This document shows positions 51,231 through 61,951 of a stretch of DNA of 64,000 nt, in pieces (the stretch's first letter is position 1; every line of letters starts with the position of its first letter). The notes below the pieces were generated by a model, which ran no database searches, was not told the origin of the DNA, and worked only from the letters and a program-made list of their open reading frames with translations. Made by a program: the position numbers and the translations under genes. Origin of the DNA: Candidatus Poribacteria bacterium (lineage in GTDB: Bacteria > Poribacteria > WGA-4E > UBA9662); NCBI GenBank assembly GCA_046582655.1, contig JAYGDX010000346.1:46999-110998 (forward strand), written 5' to 3'.

Positions 51231-52766
51231 ATGATAAAGTTCTTGCAGGAGAAAACACGCCCTTTTAGTTCAAAGGAAAAGTTCCTTACCCCCGAGCTAT
51301 CAAGAGATTTACATGATCAAGTGAGTAAGCAGGTTGGCGAAATTATCCCTCCCTACGAACCTGAAATTCCAACAATAGAAAAGTTTAAGAAAGTTGTCAA
51401 GGGCGTTTGCTTAGTTGTTATTCCTGTTTGCTTACTTGCCTTTTTGGGGACAATTGGTTTTATTGGCTACAAAGCTGCTGGAGATTTCGATACATTCTGG
51501 CATCATCTAAAGAATAACAAGACAATTGCCGTTACTTTAACCAATCAAAAAAAAGTCCAAGATATCGTGATTGATGATGTTCTTTCGCAACTTTCCCAAC
51601 CCAATAAAACCATTCACGAAAAACTACTTGAAATTACTATTTCTGGATATCAGCAACAAGATTTGGCTAAACACTCGTTGGTGGTGCACGATCAAAAGAT
51701 TAGAACACGATATCAGCGTGGTTTTGAACAGTACATCCAGATGGCGATTAAGCAAGCTTACCTAATTTATGATAATTTTGGGCCACAAACAGAGCGTGAG
51801 GTGTATGGTGTCACCGCCGAAGAGTTAGTTTACCAAAAAGGTCTTCACGTTGACGGGTACGCGCCGATGACATTAAAAAGCTCGATCTATCAATCGAGGC
51901 GATACTTCCCGTTTGCACTTATAGCCGGTCAGATCGCTGACATTGATCCATTGCGGATTCTTAAGATTTTTGAGATTGAGACGAATTTCACAGAGACAGT
52001 GGTTTACAGCAACACCAAAAGGATTGTTAATGACGACATCGGCATTGCTCAAAATAACCTGATCCTTATTCCTGGTTTAATCCGTGATGTTCTCAATCCA
52101 AGTAGTCCAATTTATAGTCCATACTTCGAGTTCTTTGAAGTTGGAGTTGATTTTGAAACTGGCGAGCCACTTCTGTGGCCAGATTATTTGGTCAGATTGA
52201 AAAAAGAGTTATCGGGGTCGTACAATCCTCAAAACAACCCAACCGGAAGATACTACGTCAATATGCTAAAAGCACCTCATCTGGGAGCTGTATTGGCTGC
52301 TTTCCACATCAAGCGTGACCAGCAATATCCTATTTATAATAAATGTATGCGTTTTTATACCACTCATGCGGCTTGGTTCAAGCAAACGCTGAATCTTGAA
52401 AAGAAACTGAATCCTTTCCACTGGACGGATTACACTTTCTACAATGGCGGGCCTAAGCGATGGTTTGTAATGAGGAATTTTTTGGAGTGTAAAAAAAACC
52501 AAAAGTCGGTTAGTTCTCCTTTACAGAAAGCAGTAAATATTATAAGACGCCGGAACACATTGGCTCAGCGAATTGGCGAAAAAAATGATTACATCAAAAC
52601 GCTTGCCTATGATGCAAATAACGATCAAGCACTCGTTGAGAATGATGGGCTTTTCCAATATGGCTTACTTGATTTCACTAGCGATTTTGGAGGTAAGCCA
52701 CTGATGTACAATTTAAATCAGCAAATTGCTCAGAACATAGTACAATCACCTACAAAAACCCAATAG
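51231..52766 (+). CDS. Membrane-anchored protein with divergent lytic transglycosylase (SLT)-like motifs
   Basis: One N-terminal TM; 'IFEIETNF', 'DIGIAQ', 'FYNGGP' in SLT motif order. Confidence 0.55.
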   Translation: MIKFLQEKTRPFSSKEKFLTPELSRDLHDQVSKQVGEIIPPYEPEIPTIEKFKKVVKGVCLVVIPVCLLAFLGTIGFIGYKAAGDFDTFWHHLKNNKTIAVTLTNQKKVQDIVIDDVLSQLSQPNKTIHEKLLEITISGYQQQDLAKHSLVVHDQKIRTRYQRGFEQYIQMAIKQAYLIYDNFGPQTEREVYGVTAEELVYQKGLHVDGYAPMTLKSSIYQSRRYFPFALIAGQIADIDPLRILKIFEIETNFTETVVYSNTKRIVNDDIGIAQNNLILIPGLIRDVLNPSSPIYSPYFEFFEVGVDFETGEPLLWPDYLVRLKKELSGSYNPQNNPTGRYYVNMLKAPHLGAVLAAFHIKRDQQYPIYNKCMRFYTTHAAWFKQTLNLEKKLNPFHWTDYTFYNGGPKRWFVMRNFLECKKNQKSVSSPLQKAVNIIRRRNTLAQRIGEKNDYIKTLAYDANNDQALVENDGLFQYGLLDFTSDFGGKPLMYNLNQQIAQNIVQSPTKTQ

Positions 52767-52855
52767 CATCTGGTTGAACGCGCCAAATACCTATCGCACA
52801 TCTTTATTCTTTCCTAGAAATTTCTCCAAAAGAATTTTACTTGCTAACTTAAATT

Positions 52856-55800
52856 ATGGAAAGTCCAGTCAAGAAAGGACAGTTTATCAATTGTAGCGCC
52901 TTCGTATTCTCGGTGTTGTTTTTCCTGTCAGGTATTTTAATAGCAAAGAAGGGAGAAACAGCTGTTACAGGAAAACTTTTTGGCCTGGTGAAGGAAGGGC
53001 AGACAGGTAAAACACTAGTCAACGCTAGGGTTACACTTGTAGGTACGCCAAGAGTCACATTGACGAATCAGGCTGGTGAGTATGTTTTTGTTAATCTGCA
53101 TCCAGGTAAGTATGATATTGAGATTGATCTAAACGGTTATCGTTCCGTGATCAAAGAAGGTATACAGATTGATGTCGGTTTGACAACCGCTGTCGATTTC
53201 CGGTTAGAGGTAGCAACGATTGGAAGCCAACCCATGGTAATTAGGACTAACAAATCTGGTGTTCATAATGGTTTGAATCAAAGCAGTAAGCTGATTAGAA
53301 CCTCAGAAATATGGAAAATTCCTTATCATAATATTGACGAGATTATGGTTGCAAATAGTGTGGGAACAACAATTGATCATGCGAATGGATCTATTCATTT
53401 TCGCGGTGGACGATCTACGGGGGTGACATATATGCTGGATGGACTGCCGATTACCGATCCAATATTCAAAGGAATTGGTTTGCATGTTCACCCGAGAACA
53501 TTAGAGCAAATTGAACTTATTACTGGTGGTTGGAATGCGGAATATGGAGATGCACATTCAGGTGTTGTCAATCTGATATCTAGGGAAGGACAACGGAAGT
53601 TTACCGGTAAACTGGTATATCGTTACGGTATGTGGTCTCGGCATGATGATATTCAGTCTTTTTTGGTTTCTTGGCAGGATCCCGATGATAATTATCGACC
53701 CCATGCTTTGGAATTATTTGAAGGGGTTTTTTTGGGCAAACCTTATCCGTATCAGATTCCTTATAAGGAGGATCACAAGACAGTTTCGGAGTACGAAGCA
53801 AAGGCAGTAGATTCAATTACCTACACACCAATTTTGCCAGGGATTTGGGCTGACCGAACAGAGAATCCTGAATCCCCCCTAACCGATTCTGCAACAGGAA
53901 AACTGATTCTAGATGCAAACGGTGGTCATATGATGGAAAGCCGACCTTACAAAACTAAAGGTGGTAACCAAATTGATTATGCAAGCAAAAAGGTCACCTT
54001 GCCAGACGGATATGAAATAGATCTTCATCAATATAGTGATCTTCTGACACAGAATCACCAAGGTAAGTCTGAAACCAACGGATATAATTTGGGCGGCACG
54101 CATCTGGGTGAATTTTTTCTGAGTGGGCCGTTATATGGATATAGTACTTTTGCTATTTCTGGCCAGCGACAGAGATATCAGGGGTATCTGCCTGGGAGTT
54201 TTACAAGACAATCTGGTATTCAGGGAAGCCTGAAGTTTTTATTGACCTCCGATATAATCTTAAAGACAAGCACCGTGTTTGATACCAGCAGAAGTGAATT
54301 TTCCAGCAGTAAATATCGATTTAATCCAAGCATGAATCCCGTCAGAAACAATAATAGTTACAACATCGGCGTACTATTATCACATCATTTGGATTTGGCG
54401 ACGATGTACAAGATAAGATTTGGTTATTTTAAGAATGCTTATCAGGAGAAGCAGGATGAAAGGTCGTGGGATCCTTTTACAAAAGCCTTTGATCGGAACG
54501 CTTGGAATTTGGATCTGACACACAAAGAAAATATAGAGCAGGGAAAAATCCACTCGCCTGTTCTTGCTTACAATGATCCTACTTACTACATTGCTGGCGA
54601 TCATAATGAATGGAAGTATCGGCAGTCCTCCGTTTTTACAATTAAAGCGGATGTCGTACGCCAATTGAATAGATACCATTTCTTAAAAATCGGTAGCCAG
54701 TATGCTGGTACAAAAATGCAGGTCTTCGAGACGGTGGTCTATAGTGAGTCCGATCTATGGGTTGACTATTATGACACTCAGCCATCACAAATCAGTGGAT
54801 ATGTACAGGATGAAATAGAGTATGCTGAATGTGTGGCTGATGTTGGGCTACGTCTTGATATTTATAGGTTCAACAGCCAATATCCTGCCGATTGGGAAAA
54901 TCCATTTGAAAGTAGTGGCGACGGCGGAATCAAATATGGTGCGGTGGAACTCAGCCCGAATTTCATGCGATTTGTTTATCGAGATACGCTCGATAATTTA
55001 GTTAATCAGGAAGCTTTTATCGAAGAACATAGATTATCGTTTTTTCCAAAAAAAGGGATCCCATCAAACCGACGACAAAATCGGTTTTAAGTCCTCGTTT
55101 TAGAATCTCATATTCGATAGAGGAACACGGTAAAGTGCATTTTGCTTATGGTCATTATTCTCAAATACCGCCTGGGTATAATCTATATCAAGGTTTGGAA
55201 TTTGATCTGCGTGCGAGAATCAGGCAGGTGGGGAATCCCAATCTCGTGCCAGAGAAGACGGTCGCCTCAGAGGTGGGAATTACGCGCCAATTGGTTGATG
55301 ATACTGTTTTTGGCGTAACTTGTTTTATGAAAAATATGGATAATCTTACCGATATTCGATTCGTAGACATTGGTCAATATAGCTACTACCATTTTGTTAA
55401 TACCGCTTATGCGTGGTCAAGAGGAGTTGAGTTTGTTCTTCAGAAATGGGAATCGGAGTTTAATCGATTCTCTGGTATGTTAAGCTATACCTATGCCATG
55501 GCAAAGGGGAGTGGTTCATATTGGGACGAAGGGTACCTTGATCATGAATCTAGAACTGCTGAGTACCAACCGCTGAACTGGGATCAACGACATAGGTTCT
55601 TGTTACTATTCAATATCAAATTTCCCTTTGGCATTGATGTTGATGGGATTGGTAAATGGGCCAGCGGTTTACCTTATCCTGATACATCCAGCCGTCAGGT
55701 ATCCAATAGTTCTAAACGTTATCCTTCAACCTACAATTTCGATGCCATATTGAGTTGGAAACTCAATCTTCTGTTAGACATCCCGGTGTCTCTTTTTCTG

Positions 55801-55959
55801 GATATTCGTAACTTATTCAACACAAAGAATCTTTACAATGTTCTTGACACAGAAATGTATGAGATCTATGGCAAACCGATGGATAGTAATAAACGAACAA
55901 CACCAAGAGCTTGGTCACCACCACGCCAAGTCATGCTCGGCATAATGATGGATTGGTAA
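52856..55959 (+). CDS. TonB-dependent receptor with carboxypeptidase-regulatory-like N-domain; split by a -1 frameshift at about 55040-55088
   Basis: 'TN..GEY...NL.PG.Y', 'IHFRGGR...YMLDG', 'TGG.NAEYG.A.SGVVN'. The -1 frame continues 'LSPRF.ISY', 'FAYGHY.Q', 'GNPNL.PEKT..E.G', 'WDQRH', C-terminal 'PRQVMLGIMMDW'. Confidence 0.85.
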
Positions 55960-55963
55960 TCAA

Positions 55964-58036
55964 ATGGATCTGAATACCATAAGACTCAAGTTAGTCACAT
56001 TGGCAATGCTGTTTTTTATTACGGTAGCAGTGACTGGTGATGAAGGGTTAAACGTTTCACCGATACCATCGCCGCAGATACGTGCTTATCCCGGTGATAG
56101 GTCTGTCACGCTTGTGTGGGATGGTTCAAACAGGTGGATAGATCTATCGGGGAGATTGAGGAGCGTTGAAGAATATGTTGATGCGGACAATCCAAATCGT
56201 GTTTTTGAGGGATATCGCGTTTATCGGAAATTGTCGTTATCTAATCGGAATAAAGATGATGAAGACGATTGGCAACTTATAGCTGAATATGATGAAATTA
56301 GTTTCACCCGCAGTCTCGTTTCGGCCACTCATGTGGGGAAAATCAGTGATAATGCGTCGATTACCGTCTTGCGGAGTCAACCGGCTCGGTCAAATTCTCT
56401 CACAGAATCAACCTATCTGATTAAATTTCTGACCACACAACAGTTTGAGGTCATTGACCTAACCAAATCGCAAGTTTTAAAGTATCGTCAAAGTCAAGGC
56501 GACGATGGTTTTACCCTTTTAAAAGACCTGACGTCTTTTAAGCCGTATCCGGACAGGTTATATGTCTCTGGAGCTATAATCCATTTTGCCGGCATGTATT
56601 TTAAAATCGAAGGTTCGCCTCAACAAAATGATATCTTTAAAATCACCACCTCTCCTTCCGGAGCAATCGGAAAAAATCAGGGGTTAACACACCATTATAT
56701 TGATACGGATCTCTTTAATGGTATGGAGTACCTTTATTGCGTAACAGCTTACGATTCCGGAGAGCCAAGACTGGGATTGCCTCCTTTGGAAAGTCATCGG
56801 GATCAGACAACGATCAAGGTGGTTCCTCGCACGTATCCTAGAGGGTACCGAATGCCGAGATCAAATGTAACTCATGTCGGTACCAGTCATGGAGTTGTTC
56901 GGGCAATACCGATTGAGCCTAATCGAGTAACGGGTCACACTTATGAAATAACTTTTGATGATGATTATTTATGGACATTGGTTGATAAGGATGAAGGGAT
57001 TATTTTGCTGGAGGATCAACTCCAGTCGAACAAAACAGTTATCGTACACGGTTTGATGATTGAGGTAGAAGGTCCGCTGCCTGATATTGCGGGAGAGGAA
57101 ATGAACGGTGGTTCTGGTCATGGAGTAATTGAATCTCAAGGGAGGATTGCGGATGGTCGAAACGCGAATCACCATGACTATCAACTCCGATTCATCAACA
57201 AGATGGAACAAGGAATCAATTACGATTCTTCCAACTTAGAAACGGCTGCTGGAATGAATCAGTCTCCTCGTCTGGCTGTTTCAAAGGTACCTTTTGAACT
57301 TTGGGATATGACGGACAATATCCGAGTCTGGCCGGTTTATGCTGACCGGAACAGCAACAGAAGTTGGGAATTTGATGAGCAGGTATTTTTTACTAGTGTT
57401 CCTTACTATCAATTGGACAAATCGGGTGTCCCTCAAGCGGGTCGAGATGGGAATCCGATCATTAATGATTTTTTAGTTCACGTCGAAGAAAATGAAGAAA
57501 CGGGTGATGAACCCAATTTGATCGATAATCAAAAGTCCGGTTATCGCGTGGAAGATGAGTGGCGGTATTATGCTCATTTTATCTCGGTACCCAAACCGGG
57601 AGATATATGGCGTTTCACCAGTACAAAACCTAATACGGTCAGCGACCTGTTTCTGATTGAGACTCAAGCGCAATCTTTTGATTTTGATCAACATAATCTT
57701 GATCGGATTAACGTTTTTCCCAATCCTTATCACGTGACAAACGGGTTGGTTACCTCGCCTGACACGGACCAGATTTTCTTTTCGCATCTGCCACCTAAAT
57801 GTAAGATTCAGATATATACTCTCGCTGGTGAACTGGTCAGAGAACTTGATCATCAGAGCGATCTGTTAACCAAAGCAAGTATGCCGGATCAATCTGGAGG
57901 GATGAAGGCGTTTGATCTATTGACTTATGACGGTCGGCCTTTGGCAAATGGCATGTACGTGTACCACGTAGAGTCGCTTAGCGTCGATGGTTCGAACCTA
58001 GGTTATAAAATCGGCAGATTCGCCATTATCAGATGA
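55964..58036 (+). CDS. Secreted protein with FN3-like N-part and T9SS type A CTD/FlgD-like C-terminal domain
   Basis: Signal peptide; 'PGD..VTL.WD', 'FEGYRVYR', 'Y.Y.VTAYD'; C-terminal 'VFPNPY', 'IQIYTLAGELVR', 'LANGMYVYHV', 'GRFAIIR'. Confidence 0.75.
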   Translation: MDLNTIRLKLVTLAMLFFITVAVTGDEGLNVSPIPSPQIRAYPGDRSVTLVWDGSNRWIDLSGRLRSVEEYVDADNPNRVFEGYRVYRKLSLSNRNKDDEDDWQLIAEYDEISFTRSLVSATHVGKISDNASITVLRSQPARSNSLTESTYLIKFLTTQQFEVIDLTKSQVLKYRQSQGDDGFTLLKDLTSFKPYPDRLYVSGAIIHFAGMYFKIEGSPQQNDIFKITTSPSGAIGKNQGLTHHYIDTDLFNGMEYLYCVTAYDSGEPRLGLPPLESHRDQTTIKVVPRTYPRGYRMPRSNVTHVGTSHGVVRAIPIEPNRVTGHTYEITFDDDYLWTLVDKDEGIILLEDQLQSNKTVIVHGLMIEVEGPLPDIAGEEMNGGSGHGVIESQGRIADGRNANHHDYQLRFINKMEQGINYDSSNLETAAGMNQSPRLAVSKVPFELWDMTDNIRVWPVYADRNSNRSWEFDEQVFFTSVPYYQLDKSGVPQAGRDGNPIINDFLVHVEENEETGDEPNLIDNQKSGYRVEDEWRYYAHFISVPKPGDIWRFTSTKPNTVSDLFLIETQAQSFDFDQHNLDRINVFPNPYHVTNGLVTSPDTDQIFFSHLPPKCKIQIYTLAGELVRELDHQSDLLTKASMPDQSGGMKAFDLLTYDGRPLANGMYVYHVESLSVDGSNLGYKIGRFAIIR

Positions 58037-58037
58037 T

Positions 58038-59135
58038 ATGATAGATAAAATCCATGTTTTTTTAATGATATGCTTGATCATATCCTTTTTCCCTCTAGGT
58101 ATTAAGGCTGGTACAGGCGTTGGTACAGCTGGCGCCCAATTCCTAAAGATTGGACCTGGTGCAAGAGTTGATGGTATGGGAAGTGCATTTAGCGCCATTG
58201 CCGACGACGTAACGGCTGTTTACTGGAATCCGGCGGGAATTAGCCAGCTTGAAGGTTTTAACCTTTCTGACACACATACTTATTGGATTGCAGATACTCG
58301 ATTTAATTACTTGGCTTTAGCTACACCAGTAGATTCGGTGAATGGAACCCTCGGACTGAGCCTTACTTTACTCACCATGCCGGAGATGCAGATTACCACC
58401 TACCAGCAACCGGATGGAACAGGCTTATATTATGATGCTCGAGATAGTGCCGTTTCTCTCGCCTATTCCAGACAGATTAAGACAAAATCGGACAATACAA
58501 AGTTGTTTCTGGGAATAAATGCCAAGTATATTCATCAGAGAATTCACCATGAATCGGCCAAGGGAGTGGCGATAGATGTTGGAACTCTTTACCATACCGG
58601 TTGGAAAGATTTACGAATCGGTATAACTTTCTCAAATTTTGGACCGGATATGCACTTCTCCGGTCCCGGGCTCAAAACAGATGTCAGCATTATCGGTAGT
58701 GCGCAACATTCGGAGGATAAACCGATTGCTGTGAAAACAAAAAGATCTGCCGAACTTGATACCTTAACATTTCCATTACCTTCAAGTTTTCGATTGGGAA
58801 TTGCATTTGATGCCATTAGAGGCAGTAAGGAGGTGCTGACTTTTGCTATTGACAGTCATCATCCAAACGACAATACGGAACGAATGCATTTAGGTGTGGA
58901 ATACGTGTATAAAGATAGCGGGTCAATTCGCGCTGGTTATAAATTGCGTCTGGGATCTCGTAAAGGTGCAAATGGAAAGTCCGTTAGTTTGGCCACTGAG
59001 GATCAAGAGGGGGTAAGTCTTGGTTTAGGGTATAAAACTGATCTAAATGGTATGGAAATGAATTTTGATTATGCTTTCGCTAATTTCGGTCGTTTGCAAC
59101 AAGCTCATCGTGTTACGCTTGGACTGAGTTTTTAA
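58038..59135 (+). CDS. PorV/PorQ family (UPF0164) outer-membrane beta-barrel
   Basis: 'AQFLKIGPGAR..GMGSAF.A.ADD..A.YWNPAG', 'A.DVG..Y', 'GVEY', 'DYAF..FG.L..HR..L..F'. Confidence 0.85.
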   Translation: MIDKIHVFLMICLIISFFPLGIKAGTGVGTAGAQFLKIGPGARVDGMGSAFSAIADDVTAVYWNPAGISQLEGFNLSDTHTYWIADTRFNYLALATPVDSVNGTLGLSLTLLTMPEMQITTYQQPDGTGLYYDARDSAVSLAYSRQIKTKSDNTKLFLGINAKYIHQRIHHESAKGVAIDVGTLYHTGWKDLRIGITFSNFGPDMHFSGPGLKTDVSIIGSAQHSEDKPIAVKTKRSAELDTLTFPLPSSFRLGIAFDAIRGSKEVLTFAIDSHHPNDNTERMHLGVEYVYKDSGSIRAGYKLRLGSRKGANGKSVSLATEDQEGVSLGLGYKTDLNGMEMNFDYAFANFGRLQQAHRVTLGLSF

Positions 59136-59191
59136 ATGACCCGTCTTGTTTCATTAATTTATCGCGTCTGTGTTTTATTGGTATTGCTATT

Positions 59192-60934
59192 TTGAAAACA
59201 CGAAGTTTATCCCCTTCTCTTTCACTGGTTTTCCTGCCGATTGCCCTTTTCTTCCTCATTTTTCTAATCTATCCACTCCTCTATACTTTTAAAGAAGCCT
59301 TTTGGATTAGTAGTAAGTTTAGTATAGAGTATTTTAAGCTGATCATCACTAACGAGACCTACCGAGAGATGCTGGTTAACAGCTTCAGGATGGGAATTTC
59401 TGTTACTGTTGCTACAACGATCATCAGCTTGCCCATGGCCTATCTGTTGGTGCGTTACGACTTTAAGGGACGCGGCATTTTTCAAGGAATGGTATTAATC
59501 CCCATGATAATGCCGCCGTTCGTGGGTGCAATTGGGATGAAGCAGCTCTTTGGGCTATACGGCAGCATTAATACGCTATTGGCCAAGCTTGGCTTGATTG
59601 ATATCATGGATCCCATTGACTGGTTCGGAAGCGGTTTTGCCGGCGTGGTTCTTCTGTCTACCCTGCATCTGTATCCGATCATGTACCTCAACGTTTCTGC
59701 CTCTTTAGCCAATGTGGATCCCAGCTTGGAAGAGGCGGCTGAAAACATGGGTGCCAGCAAATTCAGGCTTTTCTGGACAATAACGGTACCGTTGATGTTG
59801 CCCGGTTACTTCGCTGGCGCCATCCTGGTTTTTATCTGGGCATTTACTGATCTTGGCACACCGCTGATTTTTGATTACAATGAAGTGATTGCCGTCCAGA
59901 TATTTCGACAGATTACCGATGCGAATGTCAACCCGATGGGCTACGCGCTGGTGGTGGTTATTATCGTCTTAACGGCTCTCTCTTTCTATTTGTCGAAAAA
60001 GTTTACAGCCAAACGCCAGTATGCCATGATTGGGCGTGGGCATGTTGGATCACGCGAAGTGAAAGCCGATAGGAAGATGACAATACTGATTTATCTCGTC
60101 ATCGGCACGATAAGTTTCTTGGCGTTACTGCCGCATCTGAGTATCATCATGATCTCCGTCACGCCCGACAGCAGTCAGCTTGAACCCACTATTGATGTTT
60201 TGCCCAAAAGTTATACGTTAAGCCATTACAGTACTGTCTTTACGCATAGCAATACATGGCCGAGCATTAAAAACAGCCTGTTTTACAGCACATTCAGCAC
60301 CATCATTGCCTTGATCGCCGGGTTGGTGATATCATACCTGCTGACGCGAAAAAATCTGCCGTTTGGCAATCTGCTTGACGCAGTGGCAATGTTACCCTTG
60401 GCAATACCGGGAGTAGCTATTGCTTTCGGATATGTCGGCAGCTTTTCAGATACGACCTTGCTGTTGAAATATCTGCCAGAGCCGTTGATCAATGTTATTG
60501 ACCCGCGTAAAAACCCGACATTTCTCCTGATTGTCGGCTATTCGGTCAGACGTCTGCCATACATGTTAAGATCAATTTATGCCGGGTTACAGCAAACATC
60601 TGTTACCTACGAGGAAGCGTCACAAAATTTGGGTGCAACTCCCATCCAGACAATGATTAAAATTACTTTGCCGTTAGTGGCGGCTAATATCATGGCTGGA
60701 TCTATTCTGGTCTTTTCGTTCTCGATGCTTGAGGTTAGTGAAAGCCTGATTCTGGCTATGCGGTCGGAACATTACCCGATTACCAAAGCAATCTTTACCA
60801 TTGCCCAATGGCTCGAAGGCGGAGATTATGTTGCCAGTGCCCTAGGTGTGATTGGAATGTTAATTCTAACAGTCTGTCTGGTTGTTGCAGGTAAGGTTCT
60901 CGGCGGGAAAATGGGGGAAATCTTTAAGATTTAG
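59192..60934 (+). CDS. Iron(III)/FbpB-type ABC transporter permease (two fused MetI domains)
   Basis: 'P.IMPPFVGA', two EAA loops 'LEEAAEN.GA' and 'YEEASQNLGA', about 12 TM segments. Confidence 0.9.
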   Translation: MKTRSLSPSLSLVFLPIALFFLIFLIYPLLYTFKEAFWISSKFSIEYFKLIITNETYREMLVNSFRMGISVTVATTIISLPMAYLLVRYDFKGRGIFQGMVLIPMIMPPFVGAIGMKQLFGLYGSINTLLAKLGLIDIMDPIDWFGSGFAGVVLLSTLHLYPIMYLNVSASLANVDPSLEEAAENMGASKFRLFWTITVPLMLPGYFAGAILVFIWAFTDLGTPLIFDYNEVIAVQIFRQITDANVNPMGYALVVVIIVLTALSFYLSKKFTAKRQYAMIGRGHVGSREVKADRKMTILIYLVIGTISFLALLPHLSIIMISVTPDSSQLEPTIDVLPKSYTLSHYSTVFTHSNTWPSIKNSLFYSTFSTIIALIAGLVISYLLTRKNLPFGNLLDAVAMLPLAIPGVAIAFGYVGSFSDTTLLLKYLPEPLINVIDPRKNPTFLLIVGYSVRRLPYMLRSIYAGLQQTSVTYEEASQNLGATPIQTMIKITLPLVAANIMAGSILVFSFSMLEVSESLILAMRSEHYPITKAIFTIAQWLEGGDYVASALGVIGMLILTVCLVVAGKVLGGKMGEIFKI

Positions 60935-60941
60935 TGTGGAT

Positions 60942-61529
60942 ATGAGTGTTGAGTCCATTATTCGTGCTTCACTTGATGAAGCCCAAAGTTTGTTAGATCA
61001 ATTTATCACCGATCCGCGGACGGTAAAGGTGATGGATCAGACCACGCAAATGATCTGTGCGGTCTTTCGTGATCGTGGCCGGGTCTTCGCCTGCGGAAAT
61101 GGCGGAAGTATGTGCGATGCCATGCATTTTGCTGAGGAATGGACAGGTCGGTTCAGGGGAGATCGGCAACCATTGCCGGCTATGGCCTTAAGTGACCCGG
61201 CGCACCTGACCTGTGTGGCCAATGATTTTGGATTTGATGAAGTCTTTGCCAGATCGATTACTGCCTTCGGGCGTCCGGGAGACCTATTAATTGCTATTTC
61301 GACCAGCGGGAATTCGCAGAACGTGATCCGTGCCATTGAAGCCGCTAAATCTGTCGAAATGAAAACCTTCGCCCTGCTCGGCAAAAACGGTGGAAAGATG
61401 AAGACTATGGCTGATTTCTGGTTAATTGCTCCTGGTCAAACATCCGACCGCATCCAGGAAATCCATATGACAGTTTTGCACATTCTGATCGAAGCGGCTG
61501 AACGCATGATTTTTTCGGAAAACTATTGA
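60942..61529 (+). CDS. gmhA: Phosphoheptose isomerase (SIS domain)
   Basis: 'CGNGGS.CDA.HFAEE', 'ND.G...VF.R', 'STSGNS.NV', 'RIQE.H...H'. Confidence 0.92.
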   Translation: MSVESIIRASLDEAQSLLDQFITDPRTVKVMDQTTQMICAVFRDRGRVFACGNGGSMCDAMHFAEEWTGRFRGDRQPLPAMALSDPAHLTCVANDFGFDEVFARSITAFGRPGDLLIAISTSGNSQNVIRAIEAAKSVEMKTFALLGKNGGKMKTMADFWLIAPGQTSDRIQEIHMTVLHILIEAAERMIFSENY

Positions 61530-61614
61530 ACTGTGATTAACCATCAGGTCTTTATATTTGTCAACGTGACCATTCAGCCAAAGAATCTCAACTAGATCTA
61601 CCCTTTCGGCATCT
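61299..61614 (+). repeat. Left copy of the duplicated gmhA-3'/CRTAC1-3' junction
   Basis: 61299-61531 matches 62831-63031; 61531-61614 matches 63102-63185 (72/84 identical by hand count). Confidence 0.9.
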
Positions 61615-61912
61615 GATGGCAGGAAAGCTAAAGCTTATGTCGCGAAGATAAAAAGACGACTGTTTTAAGGGACAGCAAAACCCCAAGGATGCACTGGCGC
61701 CTTGCAATCTGCTTCCGGATTGGCTGGCAGTCAAAGCCGGTGGGAATGATACTTTTCCGGGCGTTGTATTTGATGATGTGATTATCTGGGACTGGGCTCT
61801 GGACGAAAATGAAGCAATGCAACTCAGAGAGAGAAAAACGTCCCGATAGAGCATTAGGCGTTAAGGTGCGCGGCAAGCCCTCAACCACCTGGGGCAAGGC
61901 TAAGTCTTATAA
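61615..61912 (+). pseudogene. Remnant of a LamG-like secreted protein
   Basis: Frames give 'DGRKAKAYV', 'RIGWQ', 'FPGVVFDDVIIWDWALDENE' and C-terminal 'ALGVKVRGKPSTTWGKAK'. Confidence 0.65.
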
Positions 61913-61951
61913 CACACCCCGACAAGAAAAATTAATATATCCAATGCAAAG

